From contig DASRJG010000082.1 in NCBI GenBank assembly GCA_035649595.1, positions 10,141 to 74,140 on the forward strand: 64,000 nt of DNA. Reading direction: 5' to 3'. The notes under the pieces are model-generated. The model did no database searches, had not been told where the DNA came from, and saw only the letters and a program-made list of their open reading frames with translations. Of this stretch, positions 55,790 through 64,000 are shown one piece after another. A program made the position numbers and the translations under genes. This stretch comes from Candidatus Polarisedimenticolaceae bacterium (GTDB lineage Bacteria; Acidobacteriota; Polarisedimenticolia; Polarisedimenticolales; DASRJG01). The stretch's first letter is position 1; every line of letters begins with the position of its first letter.

Positions 55790-56569
55790 TCAGCGGCCGT
55801 CGGGGGTGAGGTCGAAGCGCATGGTGGCGGGGAGCGTGTCGCCGTCCCAACTCGGCGGAACGGCGGGGAGCGGCGACGCCTCGATCACCGCGCGCTGCGC
55901 GGAGCGGTCGAGGCTCGGGATCCCGCTCGACTGGATGATGCGGAGGTTCCGCGTCGAGCCGTCCCGCGCGATGTCGAAGGCGATGACCACGGAGTGCGTC
56001 TCCCTGTCGTCCTCGAGGAACGGTTTGGCCCAGGCCGCCTCCAGCGCCGCCTTCACCGCGGCGCCGTACCAGCCCAGTGTGCTGTCTCCTCCCCCCACGG
56101 TCGCGGTCACGCCGGTCGGCGCCCCCGCGGCACCGCTCCCCGCGCCGTGCGCCGCGCCCCCCCCGGGGGTTTCGGCCGGCGGGCGCGCGTCCGTCGCCGG
56201 GGGCGCGGACGGCGCGGGGGGCGTCGCGGGCTGCGGGCGCGGCTTCGGCTTGGACTTCTCGGTCGGGACCTCGCGCACGGTGTGCGCCTCCTTTGGAGGC
56301 GGTGGCGTCGGGCGGGGCGCGGGGGCGGCCGGCTCCGGAGCGCGGGGGCTCGCCGGCGCCGGCGCGGCGGCCGGTGCGCTCGGGACCGACCCCGCGAGCG
56401 CGACCGTCATCGAGTCCTGGATCGGCGCGATGCGGCGGTGCGTGGTCGGGATCACGACGAGCGCGGCCACGAGGATGCCGTGGACGGCGACCGATCCCCC
56501 GAGGAACCGGGCGAGACGGCCGCGCGCCGCGCGCACCCGCACCACGACCCTCAAGCGACGCCTGCTCAT
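55790..56569 (-). CDS. TonB/TolA-family energy-transducer protein
   Basis: N-terminal anchor, Pro/Ala-rich linker and a TonB-C-like domain (SGIPSLDRSAQRAVIEASPLPAVP). Its position in the tol cluster suggests TolA. Confidence 0.7.
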   Translation of the reverse strand: MSRRRLRVVVRVRAARGRLARFLGGSVAVHGILVAALVVIPTTHRRIAPIQDSMTVALAGSVPSAPAAAPAPASPRAPEPAAPAPRPTPPPPKEAHTVREVPTEKSKPKPRPQPATPPAPSAPPATDARPPAETPGGGAAHGAGSGAAGAPTGVTATVGGGDSTLGWYGAAVKAALEAAWAKPFLEDDRETHSVVIAFDIARDGSTRNLRIIQSSGIPSLDRSAQRAVIEASPLPAVPPSWDGDTLPATMRFDLTPDGR

Positions 56570-57009
56570 CGCGGCGGCGCTCCCTCGGTCCCGAGCGGGA
56601 CCGTCACGAGCGCGATCCGGGTGACGCCCGCCTTGCGAATCCGGTCCATCACGAGGAGGACCTCGCCGTAGGGGATGAGCTTGTCGGCGCGGAGGAAGAC
56701 GGTCTCTCCCGGGCTCCCCGCCGCGAGCGTCTTCATGCGCCGCTCGAGCAGGTCCACGTGAACCGGCTGGTCGTTGATGCGCAGCCGCCCGTCGCGGTCG
56801 AGCGAGACGACCGTGCGCGGATCGCGGATGTCCTGGGCCGTCTCGGTCGCCGGAAGCTCGAGCGGGATCCCCTTCTGGAGCATGGGCGCCGCCAGCATGG
56901 AGATGATGAGGAGCACGAGCATCACGTCCACGAGCGGCGTGATGTTGATCTCCGCCAGCGCCCGGTGGCGTCCCGACCGGCCTCCGCCGTTCCCGACCGA
57001 GAGGGCCAC
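56566..57009 (-). CDS. tolR: ExbD/TolR biopolymer transport protein
   Basis: INITPLVDVMLVLLIIFM-type motif (EINITPLVDVMLVLLIISM) and size about 147 aa. Confidence 0.85.
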   Translation of the reverse strand: MALSVGNGGGRSGRHRALAEINITPLVDVMLVLLIISMLAAPMLQKGIPLELPATETAQDIRDPRTVVSLDRDGRLRINDQPVHVDLLERRMKTLAAGSPGETVFLRADKLIPYGEVLLVMDRIRKAGVTRIALVTVPLGTEGAPPR

Positions 57010-57013
57010 GGCA

Positions 57014-57700
57014 CTAGCTCCGGCGACCGAGCACCCGGTGGACCATGTCGGCGCTGAACTCGTCCATGCCGGCCTCGAACAGGCGGAGCTTCCTCATGAA
57101 GTGGTTGTAGCCGATCAATGCCGGGATCGCAGCGGCGAGCCCCGCCGCGGTCGCCACGAGCGCCTCGGCGATCCCCGGGGCGTAGGCGGCCAGCGACGCC
57201 GTCCCCGTCACGCCGATCCCGTGGAAGGCGTTCATGATCCCCCACACCGTGCCGAAGAGGCCGATGAACGGCGTCGCCCCCGCCGTCGTCGCGAGGAACG
57301 AGAGGCTCCGCTCCAGCTCGGTGATCTGGACCGAGGCGCTCTTGCGGAGCACGCGGTCCAGAGCCTCGATCGTCGTCGGGTCGGCGCCGGAGGGCGGGGG
57401 AGGGTTGAGCGAGATCTCGCGGAACGCCGCCCGGAACAGGTGGGCGAGCGGGCTCGCGCCGAGCGACGCGGTCGCGTCCTGGATCGCGGCCAGTCCGCCG
57501 CCCTTCCGAAAGCGCTCGAGGAAGGTCTCCGACTCGCGCGCGGCGCGGGAGAACGCGCGCCATCGCTCGGCGATCACCGCCCAGGAGACGACCGAGAAGG
57601 CGACGAGGACGAACAGGACGAACTTCGCCATGGCGCTGGAGTCCATGACGAGCCGCCATACATCGAGTCCGCTCTGCGACGCGGCCGGGGTCGGCAACAC
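57014..57700 (-). CDS. tolQ: MotA/TolQ/ExbB proton-channel protein
   Basis: Three TM helices and conserved LATTAGATPFIGLFGTVWGIM...AEALVATAAGLAAAIPAL. Confidence 0.88.
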   Translation of the reverse strand: MLPTPAASQSGLDVWRLVMDSSAMAKFVLFVLVAFSVVSWAVIAERWRAFSRAARESETFLERFRKGGGLAAIQDATASLGASPLAHLFRAAFREISLNPPPPSGADPTTIEALDRVLRKSASVQITELERSLSFLATTAGATPFIGLFGTVWGIMNAFHGIGVTGTASLAAYAPGIAEALVATAAGLAAAIPALIGYNHFMRKLRLFEAGMDEFSADMVHRVLGRRS

Positions 57701-57786
57701 CCGGCGATGCTACTCGACGGCTCCGCGTGCGACAAGCGCGCCGTGCTATTCTCGCGGTCCCCACGACGGCCTCCCGCGAGCACCCC

Positions 57787-59463
57787 ATGCTCAAGACCCT
57801 TCGCATCCGCAACCTGGCGACCATCGAAGACCTGCGCGTGGAGCTCGGAGAGGGCCTCAACGTGCTCACCGGCGAGACCGGCGCAGGGAAGTCGATCCTC
57901 GTCGAGGCGTTGGGGCTCGTCTGCGGCGAGCGCGCCGACAGCGCGCTCCTCCGCGCGGGCGCCGACCGGGCGGTGATCGAAGCGGCGTTCGATCCGGCGG
58001 GCGCACTCGCCGGATTCTGCGAGGAGCGCGGGCTCGAGCCGTGCGATCCGGAGCTGATCGTCCGCCGCGAGATCGCGCCGAGCGGCTCCGGGCGTGTCTG
58101 GATCAACGGCTCGCCCTCGACGGTCGCCCTGCTGCGCGAGCTGTGCGAGCAGCTCCTCGATCGTCACGCGCAGCACGAGGCCCGCGGCCTTCTCTCGCCC
58201 GAGCGTCAGCTGGCGCACCTGGACGCCTTCGGCGGGCACGCGGCCGCGCTCGAGGCGGTCGGCGCGGCCGCCAGGGACGGGACGGCCGCGGAGGAACGCG
58301 TCGCGCGCCTTCGCGACCTCGCCTCCGCCGGGCGCGAGCGGGCCGAGGCCCTCGCCGCGACGATCCGCGAGATCCGCGGGATCGACCCGAAGGACGGCGA
58401 GCTCGATGCCCTCACCCGCGAGCGCGCGATCCTCCAGAACGGCTCGCGGGTCGCCTTCCTCCTCGACGAGGCGGTCGGCGCGCTGGACGACGACGAGCGC
58501 GGTGCGGTGGCGGGGGCGCACGCCGCCGAGCGGCGCCTGATGGAGCTCGCGGCGATCGATCCCTCCCTCGACGACCTGGCGTCGCGGACGGCTTCGGCGA
58601 GGCTCGAGCTCGCCGACGTCCGCGACACGCTCGACGCCTACCGGCGCCGGATCGACTTCGACCCGTCGCGCCTCGATGCGCTGGAGTCCCGCCGCGCGGC
58701 GCTCGCGCGGCTGCTCTCGAAGTGGGGTCCCGCCGAGGGGGACGCGCGCCTCGCCGCGGAACAGGCCGAGCGCGAGCTCGCGACGCTCGCCGATCTGGAC
58801 GGCGAGACGGCGAGGGCCGAGGAGGCGCGGGAGCGCGCGCGCGCGGCGTACGCTGCGGCGGCGCGGCGGTTGACGGCGCTCCGCGCGGAGGCCGCCGCCC
58901 GCCTCGGGGAAGCGGTCGCCGCGGAGCTGCGCCCGCTCGCGATGGGGCGCGCACGCTTCGACGTCGTGCTCGAGCCGCGCGGAGAGGGACCGGCGCTCCA
59001 CCCGCGAGGGGCGGAGCGCGCCGTGTTCCACATCGCGGCGAACCCGGGGGAGCCGGCCCGTCCTCTCGCGCGCGCCGCGTCGGGGGGGGAGCTGTCGCGG
59101 ATCATGCTCGCGCTGCACGTCGTGCTGGACGGGTCGGAGGCCGGCCGGGTCCTGGTGTTCGACGAGGTGGACGCGGGCGTGTCGGGGCCCGTGGCCGCGG
59201 CGGTCGGGGCGCGTCTCGCGCGGCTGGCCCGGCGGCAGCAGGTCCTGTGCGTCACCCACCTCCCCCAGGTCGCGGCCCACGCGGACGGCCACTACCATGT
59301 GTCGAAGCGCGTGGCGGGAGGACGGACCCGGACCGAGATCACGCCGCTCTCCGGCGACGCGCGCGTGGACGAGCTGGCGCGGATGCTCGGCGGCCGGAAG
59401 GCGACCGAGGCCTCGCGGGGGAACGCCGCGGCGCTGCTGGTCGAGGCGAAGAGGATGCCATGA
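57787..59463 (+). CDS. recN: DNA repair protein RecN
   Basis: MLKTLRIRNLATIEDL, Walker A GETGAGKSI, long coiled coil, and C-terminal SGGELSRIMLAL / FDEVDAGV. Confidence 0.93.
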   Translation: MLKTLRIRNLATIEDLRVELGEGLNVLTGETGAGKSILVEALGLVCGERADSALLRAGADRAVIEAAFDPAGALAGFCEERGLEPCDPELIVRREIAPSGSGRVWINGSPSTVALLRELCEQLLDRHAQHEARGLLSPERQLAHLDAFGGHAAALEAVGAAARDGTAAEERVARLRDLASAGRERAEALAATIREIRGIDPKDGELDALTRERAILQNGSRVAFLLDEAVGALDDDERGAVAGAHAAERRLMELAAIDPSLDDLASRTASARLELADVRDTLDAYRRRIDFDPSRLDALESRRAALARLLSKWGPAEGDARLAAEQAERELATLADLDGETARAEEARERARAAYAAAARRLTALRAEAAARLGEAVAAELRPLAMGRARFDVVLEPRGEGPALHPRGAERAVFHIAANPGEPARPLARAASGGELSRIMLALHVVLDGSEAGRVLVFDEVDAGVSGPVAAAVGARLARLARRQQVLCVTHLPQVAAHADGHYHVSKRVAGGRTRTEITPLSGDARVDELARMLGGRKATEASRGNAAALLVEAKRMP

Positions 59464-59951
59464 GGATCGCGGTCTACCCCGGGACGTTCGATCCGGTGAC
59501 CTACGGCCACCTCGACCTGGTCGAGCGCGCCTCCAAGCACGTGGACCGGCTGATCGTCGCGATCCTGCGCAACGAGGACAAGCAGCCGCTGTTCTCCGTC
59601 GACGCCCGCGCCGCCTTCCTGCGCGAGGCCGCGGCCGCCTTTCCGAACGTGGCCATCGACAGCTTCGACGGACTTCTGGTGGACTACGCCAAGCGCACCG
59701 GCGCGACGCTGATCCTCCGCGGCCTGCGCGCGATCTCGGACTTCGAGTACGAGCTGCAGATGGCGATGATGAACCGCCGTCTCGCCCCGGACCTCGAGAC
59801 CGCGTTCCTGATGCCGAACGAGGCGTTCTCCTACGTCTCCAGCCGGCTCGTGCGCGAGGTCGCGCGTCTCGGGGGGGACGTCGAGGGGCTCGTGCCCCCC
59901 GCCGTCGCGCGCGCGCTCGCCGAGAAGTTCGGTCGCGGCAGCCGGCGTTGA
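59460..59951 (+). CDS. coaD: Phosphopantetheine adenylyltransferase
   Basis: AVYPGTFDPVTYGHLDL, RGLRAISDFEYE and SSRLVREV motifs. ATGA overlap with recN. Confidence 0.93.
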   Translation: MRIAVYPGTFDPVTYGHLDLVERASKHVDRLIVAILRNEDKQPLFSVDARAAFLREAAAAFPNVAIDSFDGLLVDYAKRTGATLILRGLRAISDFEYELQMAMMNRRLAPDLETAFLMPNEAFSYVSSRLVREVARLGGDVEGLVPPAVARALAEKFGRGSRR

Positions 59952-62185
59952 GCGGACGGATCGCGCGCCGGGCCGCGGCGCTGCTCCTCGCCGCGGCCTG
60001 CGGCTGCGGGCGCTCGATCCCCCCCTCCGAGCGATCGGTCGTCCTCGTCACGCTCGACACGACGCGCGCGGACCGGATCGGAGCGTTCGGCGGCCGCGCC
60101 GTCCCGACCCCCGTGCTCGACCGGATCGCGCGCGAGGGGACGATCGCGGCCGAGGCGACGAGCCAGGTCCCGCTGACGCTGCCGTCGCACGCCACCATCC
60201 TGACCGGGCGCTACCCGTCCTCCCACGGCACCCGGCACAACGGGATCTACCGGCTGCGTCCGGAGGAGGAAACCCTTGCCGAGAGGCTCTCCGCGGCGGG
60301 GCTCGCGACCGGCGCCTTCGTCGGCGCTTACGTCCTCAACCGCGGGTTCGGGACCGAGCAGGGATTCGCGACCTACGACGACGTCGCGGTGGACCGGTTC
60401 GAAGGGGGACGGGACCAGATCTTCGAGGCGCAGCGCACGGCGGACGACGTCAACGCGCGGGTCTTCCCCTGGATCGACGCGCATGCGGGGAAACGGTTCT
60501 TCCTGTGGGTGCACTACTACGACCCGCACGATCCCTACGCCCCACCCGAGAAGCCGGGGAGGACGCTGGCGGGATCCGGCTACGACCGTGAGATCTCCTA
60601 CGTGGACGCCTGCCTCGGCGACCTCCTCGCCAAGCTCCGCGCGGCGGGTGTGTACGACCGGACGCTCCTCGTCGTCGCAGGCGATCACGGCGAGAGCTTG
60701 GGGGAGCACGGCGAGAAGACCCACGGCCTCTTCCTTTATCAAGGGGCGCTCCACGTGCCGCTCCTGCTGCGGGCGCCGGGGAGCGTCCCCGCCGGCCGGG
60801 TCGTCTCCGGTCCGGTCGAGCTGACCGACGTCGCGCCCACGATCCTCGACTACCTCGGGCTTCCGGCGCTTCCGCGCGCGCAGGGAAAGAGCCTGCGTCC
60901 GCGGATCGAGGGGAGGGACGACGGGCGCGCGGCGCTCGCCCACGCGGAGACCTTGATGCCGCGCCTGGAGTTCGGCTGGAGCGAGCTAAGCATGGTGCGG
61001 GACGGACGGTTCAAGTACATCCGCGCCCCCCGGCCCGAGCTGTACGACCTGCGGGCGGACCCCGGGGAGAGGAGCGACCTCGCCGCCGTCGAGTCCGAGC
61101 GCGTGGGGGAGCTGGCCGCCTCGCTCGACGGCTGGATCGCCGGGACCGCCGACGAGAGCGCGGACACCGCGTCGCGCCGCACGCTCGACCCGGACGAGGA
61201 GGCGCGGCTGCGGTCGCTCGGGTATCTGGGGGGGGACGCGGTGCACGGAGCGGTGAGCCGCGCGGGCACGATCGATCCGAAGGACGGGATCCGGGAGGTG
61301 CGCGCGCTGGACGCCGCGCGGGACAAGCTCGCGGCCGGGGACGCCGCAGGGGCGCTCGCCGGCGTCCGCGAGCTCCTCGCCTCCAATCCGCGGAACCATC
61401 AGGCCCGGATCACCGAGATCCTCGCGCTGATCGAGCTTCCGGATCTCCCGCGGGCCGAGGACGCCGCGCTCGCCGCGCTCGCGGCGGTCGCCCCCGAGGA
61501 GGACGCTCGAGGAGTCCTGGCCGACAAGGCGCGCGGGCTGCTCGCGAGCGTGTTCCGGCTCGAGGGGAAGAACGCGGAGGCGGAGGCCCTCTATCGGAAG
61601 CTGCTCGCGCACGATCCCATGGACGACGGCGTCGCCGTCGATCTCGTGCGCCTGCTGACCGACACCGGGCGTCTCGACGAGGCGGACCGGATCCTCGGGA
61701 CCGTCCTCGCGCGCTCGCCGCAGAACGGCATGGCGCTCGCGGCCCGCTTCTGGCTCGAGACCCGCCGCGGGGATGCGACCGCCCGGGCCGCGACCGCCGC
61801 GGCGCTCGCCGACGCGCGCGCCGGCGATCCTCCGACGCTCGTGGAGGCGGCGAAGGTGCTGGCGCACGCGGGGGACCACGCCCGGGAGGCCGCCTGTTAC
61901 GAGCTCGTGCTGGCGCAGACCCCCCGGCCGGATCCCGAGATCGTCGGGGCGCTCGGGCTCGCGCGGATGCGGGGCGGAGAGCTCGACGCCGCCGAGCGCG
62001 CGTTCACGACGCTCGCCGAGATGCGCCCGACCGATCCGCGTCCCGTGTTCTTCCTCGGGACGATCGCGCGCAAGCGCGGCGACGCGGCCTCCGCGCGGGC
62101 CCGGTTCGCGCGGTCGCTCTCCCTCGACCCGACGTTCGCGAAGGCGGCCGAGGCGCTTCGCGAGCTCGACGGCGCGCATCCTTGA
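59948..62185 (+). CDS. Sulfatase-like (alkaline-phosphatase superfamily) hydrolase/transferase fused to C-terminal TPR repeats
   Basis: Lipoprotein-like signal (LLLAAACGC), VVLVTLDTTRADR, GDHGESLGEHGE and WVHYYDPHDPY. The nucleophile region reads TLPSHATILTG rather than C/S-x-P-x-R. TPR-like helices fill the last roughly 330 aa. TTGA overlap with coaD. Confidence 0.75.
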   Translation: MSGRIARRAAALLLAAACGCGRSIPPSERSVVLVTLDTTRADRIGAFGGRAVPTPVLDRIAREGTIAAEATSQVPLTLPSHATILTGRYPSSHGTRHNGIYRLRPEEETLAERLSAAGLATGAFVGAYVLNRGFGTEQGFATYDDVAVDRFEGGRDQIFEAQRTADDVNARVFPWIDAHAGKRFFLWVHYYDPHDPYAPPEKPGRTLAGSGYDREISYVDACLGDLLAKLRAAGVYDRTLLVVAGDHGESLGEHGEKTHGLFLYQGALHVPLLLRAPGSVPAGRVVSGPVELTDVAPTILDYLGLPALPRAQGKSLRPRIEGRDDGRAALAHAETLMPRLEFGWSELSMVRDGRFKYIRAPRPELYDLRADPGERSDLAAVESERVGELAASLDGWIAGTADESADTASRRTLDPDEEARLRSLGYLGGDAVHGAVSRAGTIDPKDGIREVRALDAARDKLAAGDAAGALAGVRELLASNPRNHQARITEILALIELPDLPRAEDAALAALAAVAPEEDARGVLADKARGLLASVFRLEGKNAEAEALYRKLLAHDPMDDGVAVDLVRLLTDTGRLDEADRILGTVLARSPQNGMALAARFWLETRRGDATARAATAAALADARAGDPPTLVEAAKVLAHAGDHAREAACYELVLAQTPRPDPEIVGALGLARMRGGELDAAERAFTTLAEMRPTDPRPVFFLGTIARKRGDAASARARFARSLSLDPTFAKAAEALRELDGAHP

Positions 62186-62205
62186 CCCTGTTCGCGCCGG
62201 GCCCC

Positions 62206-62211
62206 TATACT
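62206..62211 (+). promoter_or_regulatory. Putative -10 box (TATACT), possible leaderless nfeD transcript
   Basis: TATACT ends 8 nt before the ATG at 62220. No Shine-Dalgarno sequence lies in between. Confidence 0.3.
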
Positions 62212-62219
62212 CGCCCCGC

Positions 62220-63524
62220 ATGTCCCGCCTGGTCAGTATCTTCCTGGCGGTCTGCGTCGCCGCCGCCGCGCGGGCCGAGGGACCCGCGGTCCGCCTGGTG
62301 CGCTTCGAGACCGACATCAACACGGCCTCGATCAAGCGGGTGCTCGACGCGATCGACGAGGCCGACGCGGCGCGCGACGCGCTTGTCGTCATCGAGCTCG
62401 ACACCCCGGGCGGGTCCGTGGACGCCACCGAGACCCTCGTCAAGAAGATGCTCGCGGCCAAGACGCCGATCGCGGTCTGGGTGTCCCCGTCGGGCGCGCG
62501 GGCGGCCTCCGGCGGCTTCTACGTCCTGATCGCGGCGGACGTCGCCGCGATGGCCCCCGGGACGCGAACCGGCGCCGCGGCGGTCGTGTTCGGCATGGGG
62601 AAGAGCGAGGACGGCGACATCCTCCTCAAGAAGGCGACGAGCGATCTCGCGGCCCTCGCGCGATCGATCGCCGAGCACCGCGGGCGTAACGTCGCGTCGT
62701 GCGAGCGCGCGGTGACCTCCGCGGAGTCGTTCACCGACGGGGCCGCCACGAAGGCCGGGATCGTGGACCTGATCGCGAAGGACCGCGAGGAGCTGCTGCG
62801 CCTGCTCGACGGCCGCGTCGTCAAGCGCTTCGACGGCCGCGCGACGACGCTCGCGCTCGCGGGGGCGACGGTGGTCGAGCCGGTGCGGACCCGCTCGCAG
62901 AAGATCGAGGAGAAGGTCGGCGGGTTCCTCTCGAGCCCGACCGTCGTCTACCTGCTGTTCCTGATCGGCCTCGCGGGGCTCTACGCGGAGTTCAACCATC
63001 CCGGCGCCTGGGTCCCCGGCATCGTCGGGGGGATCGCGCTCATCCTCTTCGCGTTCGCGGCGCAGCAGCTCCCGGTCTCGGCGATCGGGCTGCTGCTCGT
63101 GCTCCTCGGTCTGGTCCTGTTCGTGCTCGAGGTGAAGATCGTCTCCCACGGGCTGCTGACTCTCGGAGGGACGATCGCGGTCGTCGCGGGGTCGGTCCTG
63201 CTCTTCCCCGGGTCGGGGCGCGACCTGCGCCCGCCGCTCGCGGTCGTGCTCCCGGGGAGCCTGACGCTCGCGGCGCTGTGCGCCGCCGCGGCGCGTCTGG
63301 GCGTCATCGCCCAGCGTGTCCGGGTCCAGACCGGCGTCGAAGGGCTTCGGGGGGAGATCGGAGTCGTGGAGAATGTGCTGGACCCGGAGGGAACGGTGTT
63401 CGTCCACGGCGAGCTGTGGCGCGCCGTGGCGGCCGCGGGCCCCGTGCCGCCCGGGACTCCCGTCCGCGTGTTGCGGGTGAGGGACCTCGTCGTCGACGTC
63501 GAGCGCGTCGACACGAGGGGATGA
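62220..63524 (+). CDS. NfeD-family membrane-bound serine protease (ClpP-class)
   Basis: Signal peptide, ClpP-like domain ([13 protein letters not shown]...[15 protein letters not shown]), four TM helices and a C-terminal OB-like NfeD domain ([13 protein letters not shown]). Confidence 0.8.
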   Translation: MSRLVSIFLAVCVAAAARAEGPAVRLVRFETDINTASIKRVLDAIDEADAARDALVVIELDTPGGSVDATETLVKKMLAAKTPIAVWVSPSGARAASGGFYVLIAADVAAMAPGTRTGAAAVVFGMGKSEDGDILLKKATSDLAALARSIAEHRGRNVASCERAVTSAESFTDGAATKAGIVDLIAKDREELLRLLDGRVVKRFDGRATTLALAGATVVEPVRTRSQKIEEKVGGFLSSPTVVYLLFLIGLAGLYAEFNHPGAWVPGIVGGIALILFAFAAQQLPVSAIGLLLVLLGLVLFVLEVKIVSHGLLTLGGTIAVVAGSVLLFPGSGRDLRPPLAVVLPGSLTLAALCAAAARLGVIAQRVRVQTGVEGLRGEIGVVENVLDPEGTVFVHGELWRAVAAAGPVPPGTPVRVLRVRDLVVDVERVDTRG

Positions 63525-63547
63525 TCCGCGCTCGACGCGAGGTTCGG

Positions 63548-64000
63548 ATGCCCGGGATACAGAGTTTTGCCGGTCTGATCGTCGCGCTGGTCGTCCTGCT
63601 GTTCGTGCTGGTGAACGCGATCAAGATCCTTCCGGAGTACGAGCGCGGCGTCGTGTTCCGTCTCGGCCGGCTCCGGCCGGTGGACTACGGGCCGGGGATC
63701 TTCTTCCTCTGGCCGATCGTCGATCGCATGGTGCGGGTGTCGCTCCGGACGGTGGTCCACGACGTGCCGCCGCAGGACATCATCACGCGCGACAACGTCT
63801 CGGTGAAGGTCAACGCGGTCGTCTACTACCGGGTCATGAACCCGAGGCGCGCCGTGGTGGACGTCGAGAACTTCCACTACGCGACGAGCCAGCTCTCGCA
63901 GACGACGCTCCGCTCGGTCCTGGGGCAGGTCGAGCTCGACACGCTCCTCTCGGAGCGCGAGAAGCTCAACCACCAGCTCCAGACGATCCTCGACAAGCAC
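63548..64000 (+). CDS. SPFH/band-7 (stomatin-like) protein, 3' end outside window
   Basis: N-terminal TM helix, then [15 protein letters not shown]...[28 protein letters not shown]. The classical NfeD-stomatin gene pair. Open to the window edge. Confidence 0.85.
   Translation, partial: MPGIQSFAGLIVALVVLLFVLVNAIKILPEYERGVVFRLGRLRPVDYGPGIFFLWPIVDRMVRVSLRTVVHDVPPQDIITRDNVSVKVNAVVYYRVMNPRRAVVDVENFHYATSQLSQTTLRSVLGQVELDTLLSEREKLNHQLQTILDKH

Noticed and set aside
57701-57786. An SOS (LexA) box upstream of recN
   Set aside because: No CTGT-N8-ACAG or GAAC-N4-GTTC type palindrome is present. Only a direct repeat TGCTAYTC (57708 and 57744) is visible, and I cannot tie it to any known LexA motif.

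Overview
High-G+C bacterial chromosomal segment. Hand-counted core lines are about 70-80% G+C, and accessory lines fall to about 52-60%. Gene content (GWxTD protein, GldG-type ABC system, tol-pal, bactofilin) resembles Acidobacteriota-like genomes, but the phylum cannot be proven from this window. All protein calls come from reading motifs in the supplied ORF translations; no searches were run.

Most of the window is ordinary, tightly packed housekeeping DNA:
- a response regulator / EAL / PAS-kinase unit
- RNase P RNA
- ldcA-truA-galE
- uppS-cdsA-dxr-rseP
- hemA-hemC-hemD behind a CcsA-like gene
- gcvT-gcvH with a convergent gcvP
- maf and ruvX
- a GldA/F/G-like ABC system with a DUF4340 protein
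- aspC, rnr and rpsT
- tolQ-tolR-tolA-tolB-pal-cpoB
- recN-coaD
- NfeD with an SPFH protein

Genes are often joined by 4-nt start/stop overlaps (GTGA, ATGA, TTGA). Three convergent gene pairs share their stop codons on a CTAG tetramer.

The unusual part is an accessory block at about 36.3-49.0 kb, between aspC and tRNA-Leu(CAG). It holds a candidate metal-handling membrane module, three small outer-membrane barrels, and, next to the tRNA, an array with no integrase. That array contains three direct copies of the tRNA 3' portion (43, 57 and 20 nt). It also contains three copies of a module made of a conserved leader, a secreted propeller-like gene and the tRNA tail; one copy is internally deleted. 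The module ends are highly conserved while the coding interiors are strongly diverged.

A second notable object is a roughly 200-nt rod-like inverted-repeat structure between rnpB and ldcA, with perfect 27-bp outer arms. It could be a 6S-like or other structured RNA, or a MITE-like element.

No CRISPR array, rRNA, integrase or transposase was recognisable. Many long ORFs in the track are antisense or run-on artefacts typical of high-G+C DNA.
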